Source of the DNA: Eledone cirrhosa
Taxonomy: Eukaryota
DNA: 64,000 bases
Reading direction: 5' to 3'
Assembly (NCBI GenBank): GCA_964016885.1
Contig: OZ024748.1
Span: 58,094,001-58,158,000, forward strand
Shown piece by piece: positions 44,199-57,620 of this stretch (positions within the stretch are counted from its first letter, which is position 1; the number at the start of each line of letters is the position of its first letter). A model generated the notes under the pieces. That model saw nothing but the letters and a program-made list of their open reading frames with translations. It searched no databases and had not been told where the DNA came from. The translations under genes and the position numbers were made by a program.

Positions 44199-44744
44199 CA
44201 AGGTTTAGCAAATAAGAAAAAGTTTCAAATAAATTTCAAAAAATTCACTGTACTTACTATGGTTACCTTTACCGAATCGGTTTCGAATCTCAAAAATAAA
44301 TGGACAGTCCTTACGGGCTTCCATTGAATAGTATACAAAGTGTTTGTGTGTGTGTAGTTTTCGATGAATGTGCCATAATCAATGAATTAAGAGAACATTT
44401 GTCTGGTGAGACCCATCCCACTTATTGCTATGCAGTACTGCATGTAGATGAAATATTACTAAATGATATATTACTTTTACCCTTTCAGTCATGTGAAACA
44501 CTGAGATATTAACCATTTCTCTGCTGTATCTACTGACATACTTAACATATATCAATCCATAAATCTTTATATTAGATATACATTTTACATCGGAGAGCAA
44601 CTAGCATCTGATACCCTGTCAGAGTTTCACCTTTTGCACTCTGATGTTATCGACCCAGAGACATTTGGTTCACTAATACACGTACATAAACACACATAAA
44701 AACTGATACAGACACACACACGCGCGCGCGCGCCGCAAAAACCA

Positions 44745-44975
44745 GTTAGACCATTACTAACCAGATTACTCGATAGTTGGGATAGTAGAATGGATAATAT
44801 AAAGGGTTCGGCACCCCGACGGCTGAGCTCCTGCCGTTTCAACAGCAAGATCTGAACTGAATCGCCCACGAAAACCAACCAAACAGTGAGCGTGTTCTGT
44901 TATTAATTCTGGCAATATTACACAAATATGACCCTCCCCAAGTATAACAACGATTTCATATCAAAAACCTTGCAA
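44745..44975. mobile_element. Diverged P1-like arm (-) joined to a P2-like 3' end (+)
   Basis: CCCCGACGGCTGAGCTC..GCCGTTTC (P1), then ATGACCCTCCCCAAGTATAACAA (P2 terminus). Confidence 0.65.
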
Positions 44976-44977
44976 AA

Positions 44978-45033
<56 letters not shown>

Positions 45034-47304
45034 CGAATAACTATGTGTATACTCTGGAATGTTTTCTACATAAACTATTGAGTACGCTGAAATAGAACCG
45101 GTCCTGGGATTGTTAAATATGCTGGGTCCGTCAACACATTATTATTATTATATATATATATATATACGTACGTACGGGTATTTCGACTATTATGTCTGTC
45201 TATTCAGATGAGTTCGTAGACGTTGCTACAGGGTGTATTTGAAAAGAGACATATGAACACATACATATATACTTAATGGCTGATAAGTGGATAACTAAAA
45301 TGTTCATTTATCATTCCTTAGTATTATATCTTATGATATTTTTCATTTAATGTCTGAGGTTTCGAACGACATAATACGTTACTCCCTCTGTAATGGACAG
45401 TGGGAGTGAGTGGGATATTTTAAATGGAAGAGGAAAGAGTGATATAACGAAATACACCTTAACCATACGTGCATGCAAGTGTATATATGATTTGTAGGAC
45501 AATATTTGCCGTGGAGATCTACATGTATGCCGTGCATGTCTATATAAAAGCCTTGCATGTCTAGGTATGCCTTGCAAATATATATATGCCTTGAATTATC
45601 TAGCTAGGAATGAAAAAGATCGCTGTTGATATTGACGATGATTGCTTCAGTTCAATCAATAAAAACTATATATGCATGAATTTACTAATTAAGTGGCTGA
45701 GCATTCCCCACGGACATGTCTCCTTAATGCTGTTCTCGGGTTGATTGAGCATGACAGTATGTAAGATAATGCTCGCCTTTTTTTATTTACAGTCTCCGTC
45801 GATCCGATGGGAGACTACGCATTTTCCATCTGTCGAATTTCACTAAATAACCTCAGTGGAAATCGAGGTGATTTTTCAATATATTAGGCACACATGTCAG
45901 GCAGTGATTTTAAACATTGACTATCACGATGGCAAAACGAACGTTGTAACTAAACATATATTTTCTCTTTCCCCAATTATCTAGCGTACAGAACAAATAT
46001 CCGCTATATATTTCCACGATAAAGATTATTACTGTTTGTCTATGTACGCATTATATAGATAACACTTCGCTTTTACCGTCTCTCTTAAACATTACCTACA
46101 TCACATCGTTCATAATTTGCACCATATACAGAACGTTGCTCATCTTTGCTTCTCCAATACTAAGCTTTATATGTTATTCAGCTGTGAAAGTTGCTTGAAC
46201 TCTCGCATAGCAGAAACTTATCCTATTTAAAGTGTTGCCACTGCAAATAAATCAAGTTTAACCTGGTACCGAGAAATGGCATCTACGCATTTGACCGCCA
46301 GCTATTTGATGTAAACTCCTGCCTCTCGGTCTCACTTGTAGTGCTACTCTGAATCCAGCTTCTATCGACTAGCAATTCTTGAAACACTGATGTCGATTGT
46401 TTTCCAACAAACGTACCATCCCTTCTTCTCTGACAACTATAGCACATCTCATCCACACCTGTTAAACATGATTAATAATGTCTGCCAATAATTATATCAT
46501 TCCATTTACACCTTCCTAACATTGCACGCTTCTTTTTTGTTTTATCTGTTCTCTAAGTTCTGTTTATTTTTCCCTTCAGATTACCTAATCAACATCTGGT
46601 CACTGAGTGATATACTCAACAACTTTACAATTACGATTAACTTCTATTTCCCAAATGCATAAAATGTCTAGAAATAAATTTTCTGACGTGTTCCTCCTTA
46701 AAGACATGGGTGTGGATTGAGTTAGAATTGATTCTTATTTCTGAACAAGACCTTTAACTATTTTTCGTTAGGGCATCCTTCAGATATTTCACCTTGAGTA
46801 AGATTAAGTCATTCAACTCAAACCTAAACTCCATCGCCTTTTTTAGACTAACATTCGTGTAAGGTCAATGCATGATGTTGTACAAGTTCCCCGCATGTAA
46901 AATAGAAAAACAAAACTCGACAGTTTTATATCAGTTACGTTTGTTTTCTTAAAAGCAACCAAACTATATTTCAGAAACAACGATTTAGCAACAGTATTTG
47001 TTGTTGTTTTAGGACTGTCCTGTATCAACCCCATTGATAACAATCCACCTGAAATCACACCTGATATTATGATGAAAAGCCATGTTTTTTGTCATTTTTT
47101 TTTTTTCGTATTTTGAAGCGTTAATTCTAAAATTTTAATTTCTATTGTAATTTTTCTCTTAAAGAGAAAATTAATAAGATGTAATTAAATTATGTTACTC
47201 AATTCCTCCAAATATGTTTTGAATTAATTTAAAATCATGGACAAGGGGGAACAATAGCATAAACTCGTTCTGAATAGAATTCATAGTATTATGTAGCCCA
47301 ACAG

Positions 47305-47500
47305 AGGGAGCGTGTTTAACACTATCGGTGCAGCGTCGAACAAAATTGTTTGCCCTCTTTCATTACGACGTTTTAGGGCCCGAGTTCAAATCCAAACGAT
47401 ACCAACTTTGGCCTTCATTCTCCAGTGTTCGATAATATAAAGTTCCAGTCATGTACTCGAGCCGTTATAATCGGTTATCTTTTATTTGATGGCCATTTGT
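47305..47500 (+). mobile_element. Degenerate SINE A
   Basis: GAGTTCAAATCC..AACTTTGGCCTTCATTC..TCGATAATATAAAGTTCCAGTC. Confidence 0.6.
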
Positions 47501-47840
47501 GTGGATTTTAAATCATTATATAGCACCGTATCTGACATGAATAAAATACTATGTAGGCAGGTAACCCTGCGTTCAACAGACAGTATTTTGTTAAGATATT
47601 TTATCAATAGAACATAAAAAAATATCTTATTTCTAAAAAAGAAATGCTTCATAATTTAGAGAATGGTTTCGTTGCCATTAATAGTAAGTCATGTGAAGGT
47701 GTAAGGGGTTCTTTATTTGTTAAGTAATTCAAATAAATAAAACAATGAAACTAAACTTGAATCGAGCCATAACGGAGGAGTGGTGATATGTGTATAACAG
47801 AGCGTAGTGCGCGTGTATTTGATTTGTGCGTTAAGTGTAA

Positions 47841-47898
<58 letters not shown>

Positions 47899-48296
47899 GG
47901 ATACTATTTATAGTTATGTATATACTATATACAACTATAAACAGGTAAGGTCGGTCATTTATTACTACCTTATTACGAAGACTCCAGGCCTAGGCTTGGA
48001 AGAAACAATTGTCAGCAAATAAACGTTCTAACATAGCTTTGATTCTTGTGTATTCTATATATATGGGGGGGGAGGTCTGTACCCGTGATGAATAACGTGC
48101 AATTTTCAGATTCATGCTCGTCTGCAAAGATAGTACTGGGTGGTCCGTGAGCTAAGTTAATATATTTTATTTCCTTTATTTCTATTATGCTTTTATATTT
48201 ATTTTCATTTGTACCGTTTCCTCTCACCCCCTTTTTTCTAAATGTCTCTGCCCCACTCCCCTACACACCCTTGGAACTCTCTTCCCACACACTTTT

Positions 48297-48330
48297 CGCC
48301 TGAAGAAGGGCTTATGCCCGAAACGTCGTT
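48297..48330 (+). ncRNA. Minimal Penelope-type hammerhead in a pLTR-like module ending at (TA)n, 48419
   Basis: GC-CTGAAGA-A-GGGC ttat GCCC-GAAACGTC-GT, the classic minimal PLE HHR layout. Confidence 0.78.
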
Positions 48331-48414
48331 CCCTACCACCACCCCACTCTCATGAGCGTGAAACTAATACACCTTTGTTCGTACTGCCTCTCCGTTTTGT
48401 TCCCGTTCAATTTT

Positions 48415-48478
<64 letters not shown>

Positions 48479-48479
<1 letters not shown>

Positions 48480-48655
48480 CAAAGAAAGTGTGGTAGGATA
48501 TCAGGAGGACCATAACGGACCAGAGTACTCAACATGTAGGGTAGCATAGTGGGTAATATGAAAAGAGTCAGGACCCCAACGGCTGAGCTCTAGCCGTTTC
48601 GACAGCCAGATTCGAAACCGCCGGAGCTCAGTTGTCGCCATCCTGACACTTTTCC
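48479..48655. mobile_element. Diverged P1 pLTR with a decayed inverted arm
   Basis: GGACCATAACG..GAGTACTCAA..GACCCCAACGGCTGAGCTCTAGCCGTTTCGA followed by TCGAAACCGC..GAGCTCAG. Confidence 0.75.
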
Positions 48656-48687
48656 TATATATATATCGTATTCAGGAAGCCACAGGC

Positions 48688-48816
<129 letters not shown>

Positions 48817-49700
48817 GGTGGCTACCTGAATACGTTTCGTAATTTCTCTGTGTGTTTATGCACAGGAACGTACAAATATATACGCTGACACAAATACACA
48901 CACGCACGCACGCACGCGCGCGGTGATATACAGACGCACATACACGCTCACACAAATACACCACACACACACACACATGCATACAAAGATATACAACTGT
49001 AAACACACAAACTGTCTAAACACACAAACTCGCGTGCAAACACACACACAGACTCACGCTCGCACACGCCTCACACACACACACACACACATATATATGA
49101 AACAAAGGCATCATAGAAAATAAAGTCTGAGGAATGAAACAAAAGATCAAAAACTTCATATCGATGCATTGATGTAGATCAATCAATACATAGATTGATA
49201 GATATGTTTACGTCTGTGTGTGCGTGTGATAGTGTGAAGGTAAGAGCGATAGTAAGGCACAACGATGTACATACTTATACACGTAGAGGTATTAAGAAAT
49301 TCATAATATATAGATATTTAGATAAGACAATAGAAACACAATGTCCGTGAGAAATCAGGCATGTTTATACACAATCGCACACGTACGAAAATAAACGCAT
49401 AATTATATAATCATAAATTCATTCATATATAGGTATGACATACTTATAGAACACATACTTATATACTACCAGATATATATGCACACACAGGACCATTTTA
49501 TACGTCGATAATATAACTGATAGATATAGAGATGACAAACTTTCGATAATTTCTTTCAATATAATTATTTTCTTAATATCGAAATAGTTATTAAAATCAT
49601 ATAATCATAACAAACGACAAATTTACACAAAAGTTAAATTTTCTTTTAAAAACGATCGTAATTTTCTCAGAATAATATATAACTCTCTCTAAAAAAAAAA

Positions 49701-49719
49701 ATATATATATATATATGCA

Positions 49720-49770
<51 letters not shown>

Positions 49771-50115
49771 TATATATATATATGCATACACATGCATACA
49801 TATGTACATATATATATATGCATACACATGCATACATATGTACATATATATATATTTATTATATATATATATATATATATATTTATGATATATATATATA
49901 TATATATATTTATGATATATATATATATATATATATTTATGATATATATATATATATATATATATTTATGATATATATATATATATATATATTTATGATA
50001 TATATATATATATATATATATATTTATGATATATATATATATATATATTTATGATATATATATATATATATATTTATGATATATATTTATTATATATATA
50101 TATATATATATATAT
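49701..50115. repeat. TA-derived minisatellite (TTTATG(AT)n units)
   Basis: Directly visible. Confidence 0.9.
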
Positions 50116-50196
50116 GGACACATAAATAGATAAGTACATATAGATATGCATACACTCACACACAGACACACATATATATACATATCTATCTATCTA

Positions 50197-50244
<48 letters not shown>

Positions 50245-50336
50245 ACAAGCAAAAAGAAATGAACATATTAAAAGTGTATATGAAATATAGTTATTAAAAA
50301 TATTAAATTTAGTTTTTAAAAAATTAATTATCTTAC

Positions 50337-50975
50337 CTTCTGTTGAGATTTTAATCTTTTGGTTGAATTCTAATTTTTCTTATATGTAAATTTTTTTATT
50401 GTTATTTTGCTCCTTTTTATTTTTATTTTTTATTTAGCTCCTTTAATTTTATTCTTTCAATAAAACTTTTAATTAATGTTCTTTTCGGTTATAATTTTAA
50501 CATTCTTAATTTCGTAAATTCTTCATTTTAAAATAGTTTCACATTGATTAGGTAACTCAGCAGCTTTTGGCGTTTAGAACGCATTCTAAAACATACTTTA
50601 GTTCTGTCGATCCACCTTCATTCATCCCGCCCTCCCCTTCACACACTCACACTATCCCTCGCTACATAAACACTAACATACAACCGCACACATCCATACA
50701 TACGATTTCCATGTAATCCTCCCTCACACTCTATTTTCTTTCGTTCTCTTTCTCTCTCTGTATACGCCTCCTCCCTCTGTCTTTGTCACTCTGCATAACA
50801 GACTCGCAAGCATACACACAAAACAGTGAATGCTCTCAGCACAAACACACAAACACACGCTTTTGTTCACTCTCTCTCTCTCCCTCTCACTCTCTCTATC
50901 CGTATCGCTCTCCTTGTCTCTGTTCCCTCCTCTGTTGCTTGTTCGACCGATTTGGCGCTCCCGCTGTCGCGTCCA
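50337..50975 (-). promoter_or_regulatory. Candidate promoter and non-coding first exon of a host gene
   Basis: Consensus donor AG|GTAAGA on the minus strand at 50337/50336, strong purine skew with GA repeats, and a local CpG cluster with E2F-like TTTGGCGC near 50951. No transcript evidence. Confidence 0.3.
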
Positions 50976-51444
50976 TGCACTTGTGATAGCAGAGTGAAAG
51001 TACGGAAGTTTAAATATTAACAGAGGTACAACTTCGTATAGTATGGACTATATTCTATAGCAACATATTTAACACGGAAATGTTCGTAACTATTACAATA
51101 CAGATAGTAAAACACACAGACACATTCAACTCGTATTAGTGATTTGCTAGCAACCAGTGAATATGTGTATGTTTGTTTGTGTGCATGAGTTTGTGGGACA
51201 CTTTCTTTTAGTTAAACGTATTTCAGTCAAAATGCGATCAGGCTGGGGCACTAGGTTCTAGGAAATTAGTCGAATAAATCGTCCCTAGTACATTCCCTTC
51301 TCAAGTCCGGCAATTGTTTCATCCATGTCAGTTTGAAGATCCACAACTTTACAGGGCCTGACTAAATGGGTTATTTCAAAACGGACACTTAGACATACCC
51401 CCGCAAACAAAAACGCTAACCACAAACCCACCATCTCAATCCTA

Positions 51445-51480
51445 CTTTTGAAAAGCAGAAGAACTGCGAAAGCAGTAAAG
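51445..51480 (+). ncRNA. Minimal hammerhead, U3:A8 variant (P9), in module 51421-51544
   Basis: CTT-TTGAAAA-GCAG aagaa CTGC-GAAA gca GTA-AAG; the second copy at 55052 supplies palindromic ACCGGT. Confidence 0.65.
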
Positions 51481-51543
51481 AAACCAAATAATTATATATT
51501 AAAAAAAAAAAAAGACTCCAGTTGCATTTTCAATTTCATCTTT

Positions 51544-51972
51544 TACAATATATTAATAAATGGAAACTATATTTAGAAAATACATATTTCAAGGGCGACC
51601 ACGGTAAATTATGGTGCGCTTTCATCACATAAGATACAGATTTGTTTTATAAATAAATATTAACATACCCGGAAAAAGACAACCTCAACGGTTGAAATTC
51701 GCTGGATATTTCAACCGTTGAGGTTGTCTTTTTTCCGAGTATGTCAATATTTATTTATAAAACAAATCTGTATTTTATCTGATGAAAGCGCACCATAATT
51801 TAACTTGGCCGCCTTGAAATATATATAATAAAATAATTATGGTTTTATAAATATAGTTTCCATTTATTAATATATTGTATATTTATTCCACTAAACTGTT
51901 GAGTGCTTTATATCAGTTATAAAAAATGTGTAAGCTTGTTGAATACCAACAAATTAAATATAACCTCTGCAT
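51544..51972. mobile_element. P4 pLTR inverted pair with HHR at 51773-51833 (+)
   Basis: Arms 51544-51698 / 51708-51879; TTTTAT-CTGATGA-AAG..CTT-GAAA-T atat A-TA-ATAAAA. Confidence 0.88.
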
Positions 51973-51975
51973 ATA

Positions 51976-52048
<73 letters not shown>

Positions 52049-52050
52049 TT

Positions 52051-52460
52051 ATTAAAATAACAGATTAAAGTTTAAGCAAAGAATCGGTGCTTTCACCCTT
52101 ACAGGGATTTTCTGGAACTAACAACGTCAATCTGTGAACGCAGAAGTGAATATTTCAAATAACGTTGCAACCGGAAGAAGACAGGGAGACGATACTTTGG
52201 TTCGTGGAAACGTTCCCTGAAAAAGACGGGGAAAAAACGAATATAATACGCCATTATTTAGAGTGGTGAAAAACAATTACACGCACAGACAAAACCACGT
52301 TAATGGTATAAAAGAAGTCGCAGACTAATATTCTCATAGAGACGTTCTCTGGCAATGAACGGAAAAAACGAAGATAATACGTTATATGTGGACCGTGGAG
52401 AACAACTGCACGCAAAGACAAAACCACGTAAATGGTATAACTGTAGTCGTAGACTTAAAT
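52051..52460 (-). mobile_element. pLTR-like fragment followed by a ~130-bp tandem duplication
   Basis: Terminus shared with 4428; 52201-52330 and 52331-52460 share GGAAAAAACGAA.ATAATACG and AGACAAAACCACGT.AATGGTATAA. Confidence 0.6.
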
Positions 52461-52619
52461 TCTAACTAGGAAACCGAATGATTATCGGAGTTAAGAATAA
52501 AGTAAATAAAATACAGAAATATTTGAAATTAAATAAATTCATACACGCATCCATATACGTACATACACAAGCATACGCGTAAACACTCGCCATAGGTATA
52601 CACATACACGCACATATAA

Positions 52620-52659
<40 letters not shown>

Positions 52660-53264
52660 ATACAAATAATTAAATCAACGTATATAAATAAATAAATACG
52701 TATATAACAAGCGCACACACATACCTACAAGTAAATACACATATGTTTGGAGATACGTCAACCAAAACACGAAGTATACATATACACTCACCATACATAC
52801 GTACGAACCTGCATACTCACACAGACGCAAAACTCACGTATACACATAACCAAAAGCATATGTACCAGAATATATAAAATATACGCCATAACATATCCAG
52901 TCAAATATGCGTACGAGAAAGTATACGTACCTTCACAAAGCATACAGGTAAAATATACTTACCTATACAAATAAGTAATGGTTTAAACATAACATATACT
53001 TAGCTACCACATCAAGACGTAAAATATCCGCATACAGATCGTACTATCCGTTAGGGTATAATGTGGAGCTGTAATACAGGAAAGTTTTGTGCAATTTATG
53101 TTTACAAATCGAAATTGCATCAGATTATATTGGGTATGGTTGTCTTTCAGATTCCAGATATAAGCTGAAAGTGACGTCATAGAGGGTAACGAAAAGAATG
53201 GGTATGCATGTAAAGACGCTGCTTGAAACTATTGGTGGTTAACCCTATGTAGGCCCTACGGGAC

Positions 53265-53415
53265 GTGGGTGTTAACTTAGCCGGGCCTATAATCGTGACT
53301 TTGTGAGTTCGAATCCCTTCAGAAACTTCACGTTGCTCCAGTTTACTCAGCTGTAAAAAAGGGTTGCGACGTCACTTGTGCCAAATTGTACCGACATTAG
53401 CCTGCCCCTTGAGTG
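53265..53415 (+). mobile_element. tRNA-derived SINE family B, partial
   Basis: B-box GAGTTCGAATCCC; TCACGTTGCTCCAGTTTACTCAGCTGTA is the exact reverse complement of 57513-57540. Confidence 0.75.
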
Positions 53416-53450
53416 AAGTGAGCCTTAACACACACACACGCACACGCACA

Positions 53451-53645
53451 CCACACCACACCACACCACACCACACCACACCACACCACACCACACCACA
53501 CCACACCACACCACACCACACCACACCACACCACACCACACCACACCACACCACACCACACCACACCACACCACACCACACCACACCACACCACACCACA
53601 CCACACCACACCACACCACACCACACCACACCACACCACACCACA
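53451..53645. repeat. (CCACA)39 pentanucleotide array
   Basis: Directly visible perfect repeat. Confidence 0.95.
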
Positions 53646-53985
53646 CACACCACACACACAGAGAGTAGATTAATCTGTATGACTGTACGATTAAAATAAT
53701 TTAAAATTATATACGTTAAATCCAGAACAATTTGCAAAGTGATGTCTGGTGGTTTTGTCATGTATCTTTCAGTGGTATTTAGTTATTATCTTCTGTAAAG
53801 ACTTGCCCGTCTATTCTATATAATTTGTCAGACATCCACAATATGCGATGTCATAGATCAGATTCTTAGAGCTGCAGGTGAAATTTCTTTTAGATTGCTG
53901 CTTTGTAGATCATCAAATTTGCCTTCTAGTTCTTTATTTTATGTTATAAAAGAAAAGTTTTTTTTACCGTCAGTCTATCTAGCCG

Positions 53986-54020
<35 letters not shown>

Positions 54021-54536
54021 TTGTATATATATGTATATGATCCATAGAGGTTTTGTTATTGTTGAGTGAAAGAATGTGTTTGTGAAAGATGTATAGATTC
54101 AAGATTTGTTTCAAGAATGAAACAACCGGTTGTTTTTGAGATAGGAATACAGAGACACAGAAAGAGAGGGTGTGTGTTTGCGTGTGTATATAAGTGTGTG
54201 AAATATGGTGTTGTCACAATAGTAACTAACGAGTTAGAATTGAAAACCCGGAAATATCAAGTGCAGGTGTGTGCAACCTTACGGAAAGAAGTGTGTGTGA
54301 ATATTTGTGTTTATGTATGGCCTTCAACAAATAACCAACACAGACTTCAAAAACACAAAAAAAAAACAGAATTTATCCATCACACTTATATGTATATATA
54401 AATATATATATAATAAATATAATTATTTCTTAGTTTTTTTTTTTGTTTTTTTTTACCGGAAATGCAGCGACGGTTTACGAGTAGCATATGTACGTTATAT
54501 ATGTACAAATGTAAAATATATATATATATATATATA

Positions 54537-54747
54537 CGTTATTCCGGGTTGAATCGGAGGTTACCACAGTAAGTAAGGTACTCAATACATTGCAGAGTAT
54601 AAACATTTTAATATAGATGAGATTCTACAGGACTAGAACTGTTTCATTCTTTAGAAATCATCAGGAGATTCCTGATGATTTCTAAAGAATGAGGAATCTC
54701 CTGATGATTTCTAAAGAATGAAACAGTTCTAGTCCTGTAGAATCTCA

Positions 54748-54754
<7 letters not shown>
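54537..54754. mobile_element. PLE pLTR family P7, inverted pair with HHR motifs
   Basis: Identical 63-bp arms (54611-54673 / 54692-54754); CTGATGA-T-TTCT aa AGAA-T-GAAAC agttcta GTC. Related copy at 56881-56973. Confidence 0.82.
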
Positions 54755-54785
<31 letters not shown>

Positions 54786-54898
54786 TGATTCCAGTTCCTC
54801 GGAGGGATAACAGCACACCCAGTCGCTGGACATATCGATATATTGACGCAGTGAAACACACCTCAACATGTGTACCTGTCTTTTCCACACCAATTCGG

Positions 54899-54953
54899 AC
54901 TGCCTGAAGAGGTCACAGCCAACGATGACTTTTACCGAAATATATATAGCAGT
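54899..54953 (+). ncRNA. Type I hammerhead with canonical core (P13), in module 54787-55007
   Basis: ACTGC-CTGAAGA-GGT...ACC-GAAA-T atat A-TA-GCAGT: perfect stem I, G10.1-C11.1, palindromic stem III, AUA. Confidence 0.82.
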
Positions 54954-55023
54954 AAATTTATAATTTATAATAAACGAAGCCAAATTTTACATATTTGACT
55001 TATTTTATATATATATGTGAGAA

Positions 55024-55160
55024 AAACCACAAACCCTCCATATCAATTCTACTTTTGAAAAGCAGAAGAACTGCAAAACCGGTAAACGAACCAAATAAAT
55101 ATATATTTAAAAAAGAAAAAGACTCCAGTTGCATTTTCGATTTCATCTTTTTTCCCTATA
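55024..55160 (+). mobile_element. P9 pLTR, second copy (HHR 55052-55087 with G12 mutated)
   Basis: Aligns with 51421-51544. Confidence 0.8.
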
Positions 55161-56054
55161 CTTTCACTCGTGTAGGACACCACGGTTTTTAATCATTTTG
55201 TAAAAGAACCTCAATTTCTAATATATATATATAACATCTTGTAAGTATAGTTTTTAGTCGTTCATGTTGTCACTCGTTGGTGCATATATTATGTTGCTGA
55301 TTTTAACTTCATATAGAAGAACAACCTCTTTAGGGCGGGCGGCGGTCGATTCAAATATGTCAAATGTAACTAAATGGGAAGAGCCGGGCGTAAATCGAAA
55401 TATTGGGAAATATTCCGTTAAGTATGGAAATAGCTTTAAGTTGTGATATATGAAATATGATGAATAGCAACTTCTTTTATGTAAAGGCCTACTTCTAAAC
55501 ATTCCTACTAATGTGACAGGCTGCAAATAGTGTATATATATAAGTGTATATATTCTTCGCTCGGAAGTTCATTCAAGCGGCGATATTTAGTCGAACACAA
55601 TGTAACGCAACTTATTAGATATCAATAGCATTCTTCTCTGCTCACAAGAAAGTATTTGTACCGAAGGTGTGCAGTAAAGCGTGAAATCGAAATCGAGAAT
55701 GTCAATCATAGGTACCAGGTTATTCCAGCGTCGGGCCTGATGTGAAATATGCTGACATGATAACATCTCACTTCTCACACAGACAAAAGGTCAAGACTCC
55801 ACTAAATTTGACAACACTATAGTTTCAAGTGCAAATAATGTTTACGGAGGAAGGGAAGGTTGACCAATATATCAGGATTAGTTTCCTGAAATGTTTAAAA
55901 TGAGTGTCGAAGTTTGTCCCTCGATAGATATTCGTATAGTTAATCAGGTAGTTTAAATAAAATGTTTTGGCTTAGCAGATGCTTCATCGACTGCTACAAA
56001 GGTAAATATGGTATACGAAAGTGATACAATTACAAAGTCATGTAGTACTTAGTC

Positions 56055-56400
56055 TTATTCATAGGTTCTTCCACGCCGTTCGGCGCATCGAAGAGTATGT
56101 ACTTGCCAATGGTCACGATCAATGACGGCTTTTTCGCGTCCGTGTGAAGTGATGTTAACAGCCATCATGTCTTTTCGGGACGTTTGTCGAGAGGTGATGC
56201 TGGAGCAGCCTCGCCTTCGTTTGCCGCCAGGTGGAGTCCAGTTCATCGCTATTTTCGAGTGTCGTTCGTCGAACAGGCGCAGAATATGGCGAGCCAGTCG
56301 ACACGGGCGCACCGCGACAATCCTCCGTAGCGTCCACGACTTGGCTCTCCACAGGATTTCTTTGTTTCGCACTCGGTCGCGCCAGGTCACAAATATTAAG
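56055..56400 (-). mobile_element. RTE-like non-LTR retrotransposon, 3' end of the RT ORF (decayed)
   Basis: TWRDRVRNKEILWR...R..HILR...R.SKIAMNWTPPGGKRRRG matches the RTE/RTEX C-terminal signature. Confidence 0.8.
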
Positions 56401-56880
56401 GAAATAAATACTTCCGACAAATTAGGAAAGGAATGAGCCAGGATGAAATGGTTGCCAGGAAAAATACCACCGATGATATTCTCCTAGTTAGACATCTACA
56501 CGAGATATACATAGCTATAATAAAACCACTATAGATATCACTCATTGGTAGAAACGTATACTTAATCTGGTCAAGAGATAAATCTGCAAACTGATTAATA
56601 TGCTGAAAATAAAAGGTGAAGCCGATATTTTCAATATCAAATATACTCGGTAGTGTAATAAAATAAATATCATCAGTCTATGAAGACTCAGCAACGTTTA
56701 TGTCTTCAATATTTACACGCATTACTACACTGATGATTGTTCAATAGACGGAAACAAAAGTGTTATTCCAGCTATCATAAAAAAAATATATTTTATTGAA
56801 ATTTGGATGAAAATCCAAAGCTACATATGTATATCGAGGGCTACACGAACATATGTATTTGTTATATATGAAGAGAAATG

Positions 56881-56973
56881 AATTCTACAAGACTAGGACT
56901 GTTTCATTCGAATGAAATCATCAGCACTGTCCTAAGTATTTCATACCAGTGAAACTGTTCTAGTCCTGTAGAA
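56881..56973. mobile_element. P7 pLTR, decayed inverted pair
   Basis: TTCTACAAGACTAGGACTGTTTCA..TCATCAG versus TGAAACTGTTCTAGTCCTGTAGAA. Confidence 0.7.
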
Positions 56974-57331
56974 GTAATATCTCTCTCTCACACACACATC
57001 CACACACACACATACTCCCTCCCTCACACACACACACATCCACACACCCACGTACTCCCTCCCTCACACACACACACACACTCACTCATTCACACGCTCA
57101 CTCACACGCTCACTCATTCACTCACTCACTCACTGTGTGTCTGTATATATATATATATATATAGATATAGATATCTATGTGTATATATATATATGTATGT
57201 GTGTGTGTGTAATAAAAATACCTATACGCAACAATGTATTGAGGATCTTTTTAACTCTGGTTGCTACCGACACATTTCGGGAATCTACACACAGACACAC
57301 GCACACACGCACATATATATATTGGTTATAT

Positions 57332-57620
57332 TGAAGATCCCCCTTCAGTCACCAAGAAATTTCCCTCAGAGCCATAAGTACGGGCAAGGTTGCTTGTGGA
57401 AGACCAGCAGTCACCCATGTATACCTGCTTCCCCTGTCCACACCCCTGATGATGTCCAAGGGAAAAGTTATGGTCGATACAGCTGGGCACCAGTGATGTC
57501 GCAACTCATTTCTACAGCTGAGTAAACTGGAGCAACGTGAAATAGTGTCTTGCTCAAGGACACAACGCATTGCCCGGTCCGAGAATCGAAATTACAACCT
57601 TTCGACTGCAAGCTCAATGC
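57332..57620 (-). mobile_element. tRNA-derived SINE family B, near full length
   Basis: Minus strand: TTCGATTCTCGG (B-box-like), GTTGTGTCCTTGAGCAAGACAC, and a core shared with the 53265 copy. Confidence 0.78.

Noticed and set aside
53364-53761. HHTTP / VVWCG repeat ORFs
   Set aside because: Translation of the (CCACA)39 array.
54803-54815. AGGGATAACAGC resembling a mitochondrial 16S or I-SceI motif
   Set aside because: Only a 12-nt match, with no flanking rRNA similarity.
56724-56770. HHR-like CTGATGA..GAAAC..GTT
   Set aside because: Stem II is mostly G-U pairs and stem I is unpaired; cannot be distinguished from chance.
57440-57475. CTGATGA..GGGAAA inside SINE B
   Set aside because: Antisense to the SINE, with a 2-bp stem II and no valid stem III or stem I.
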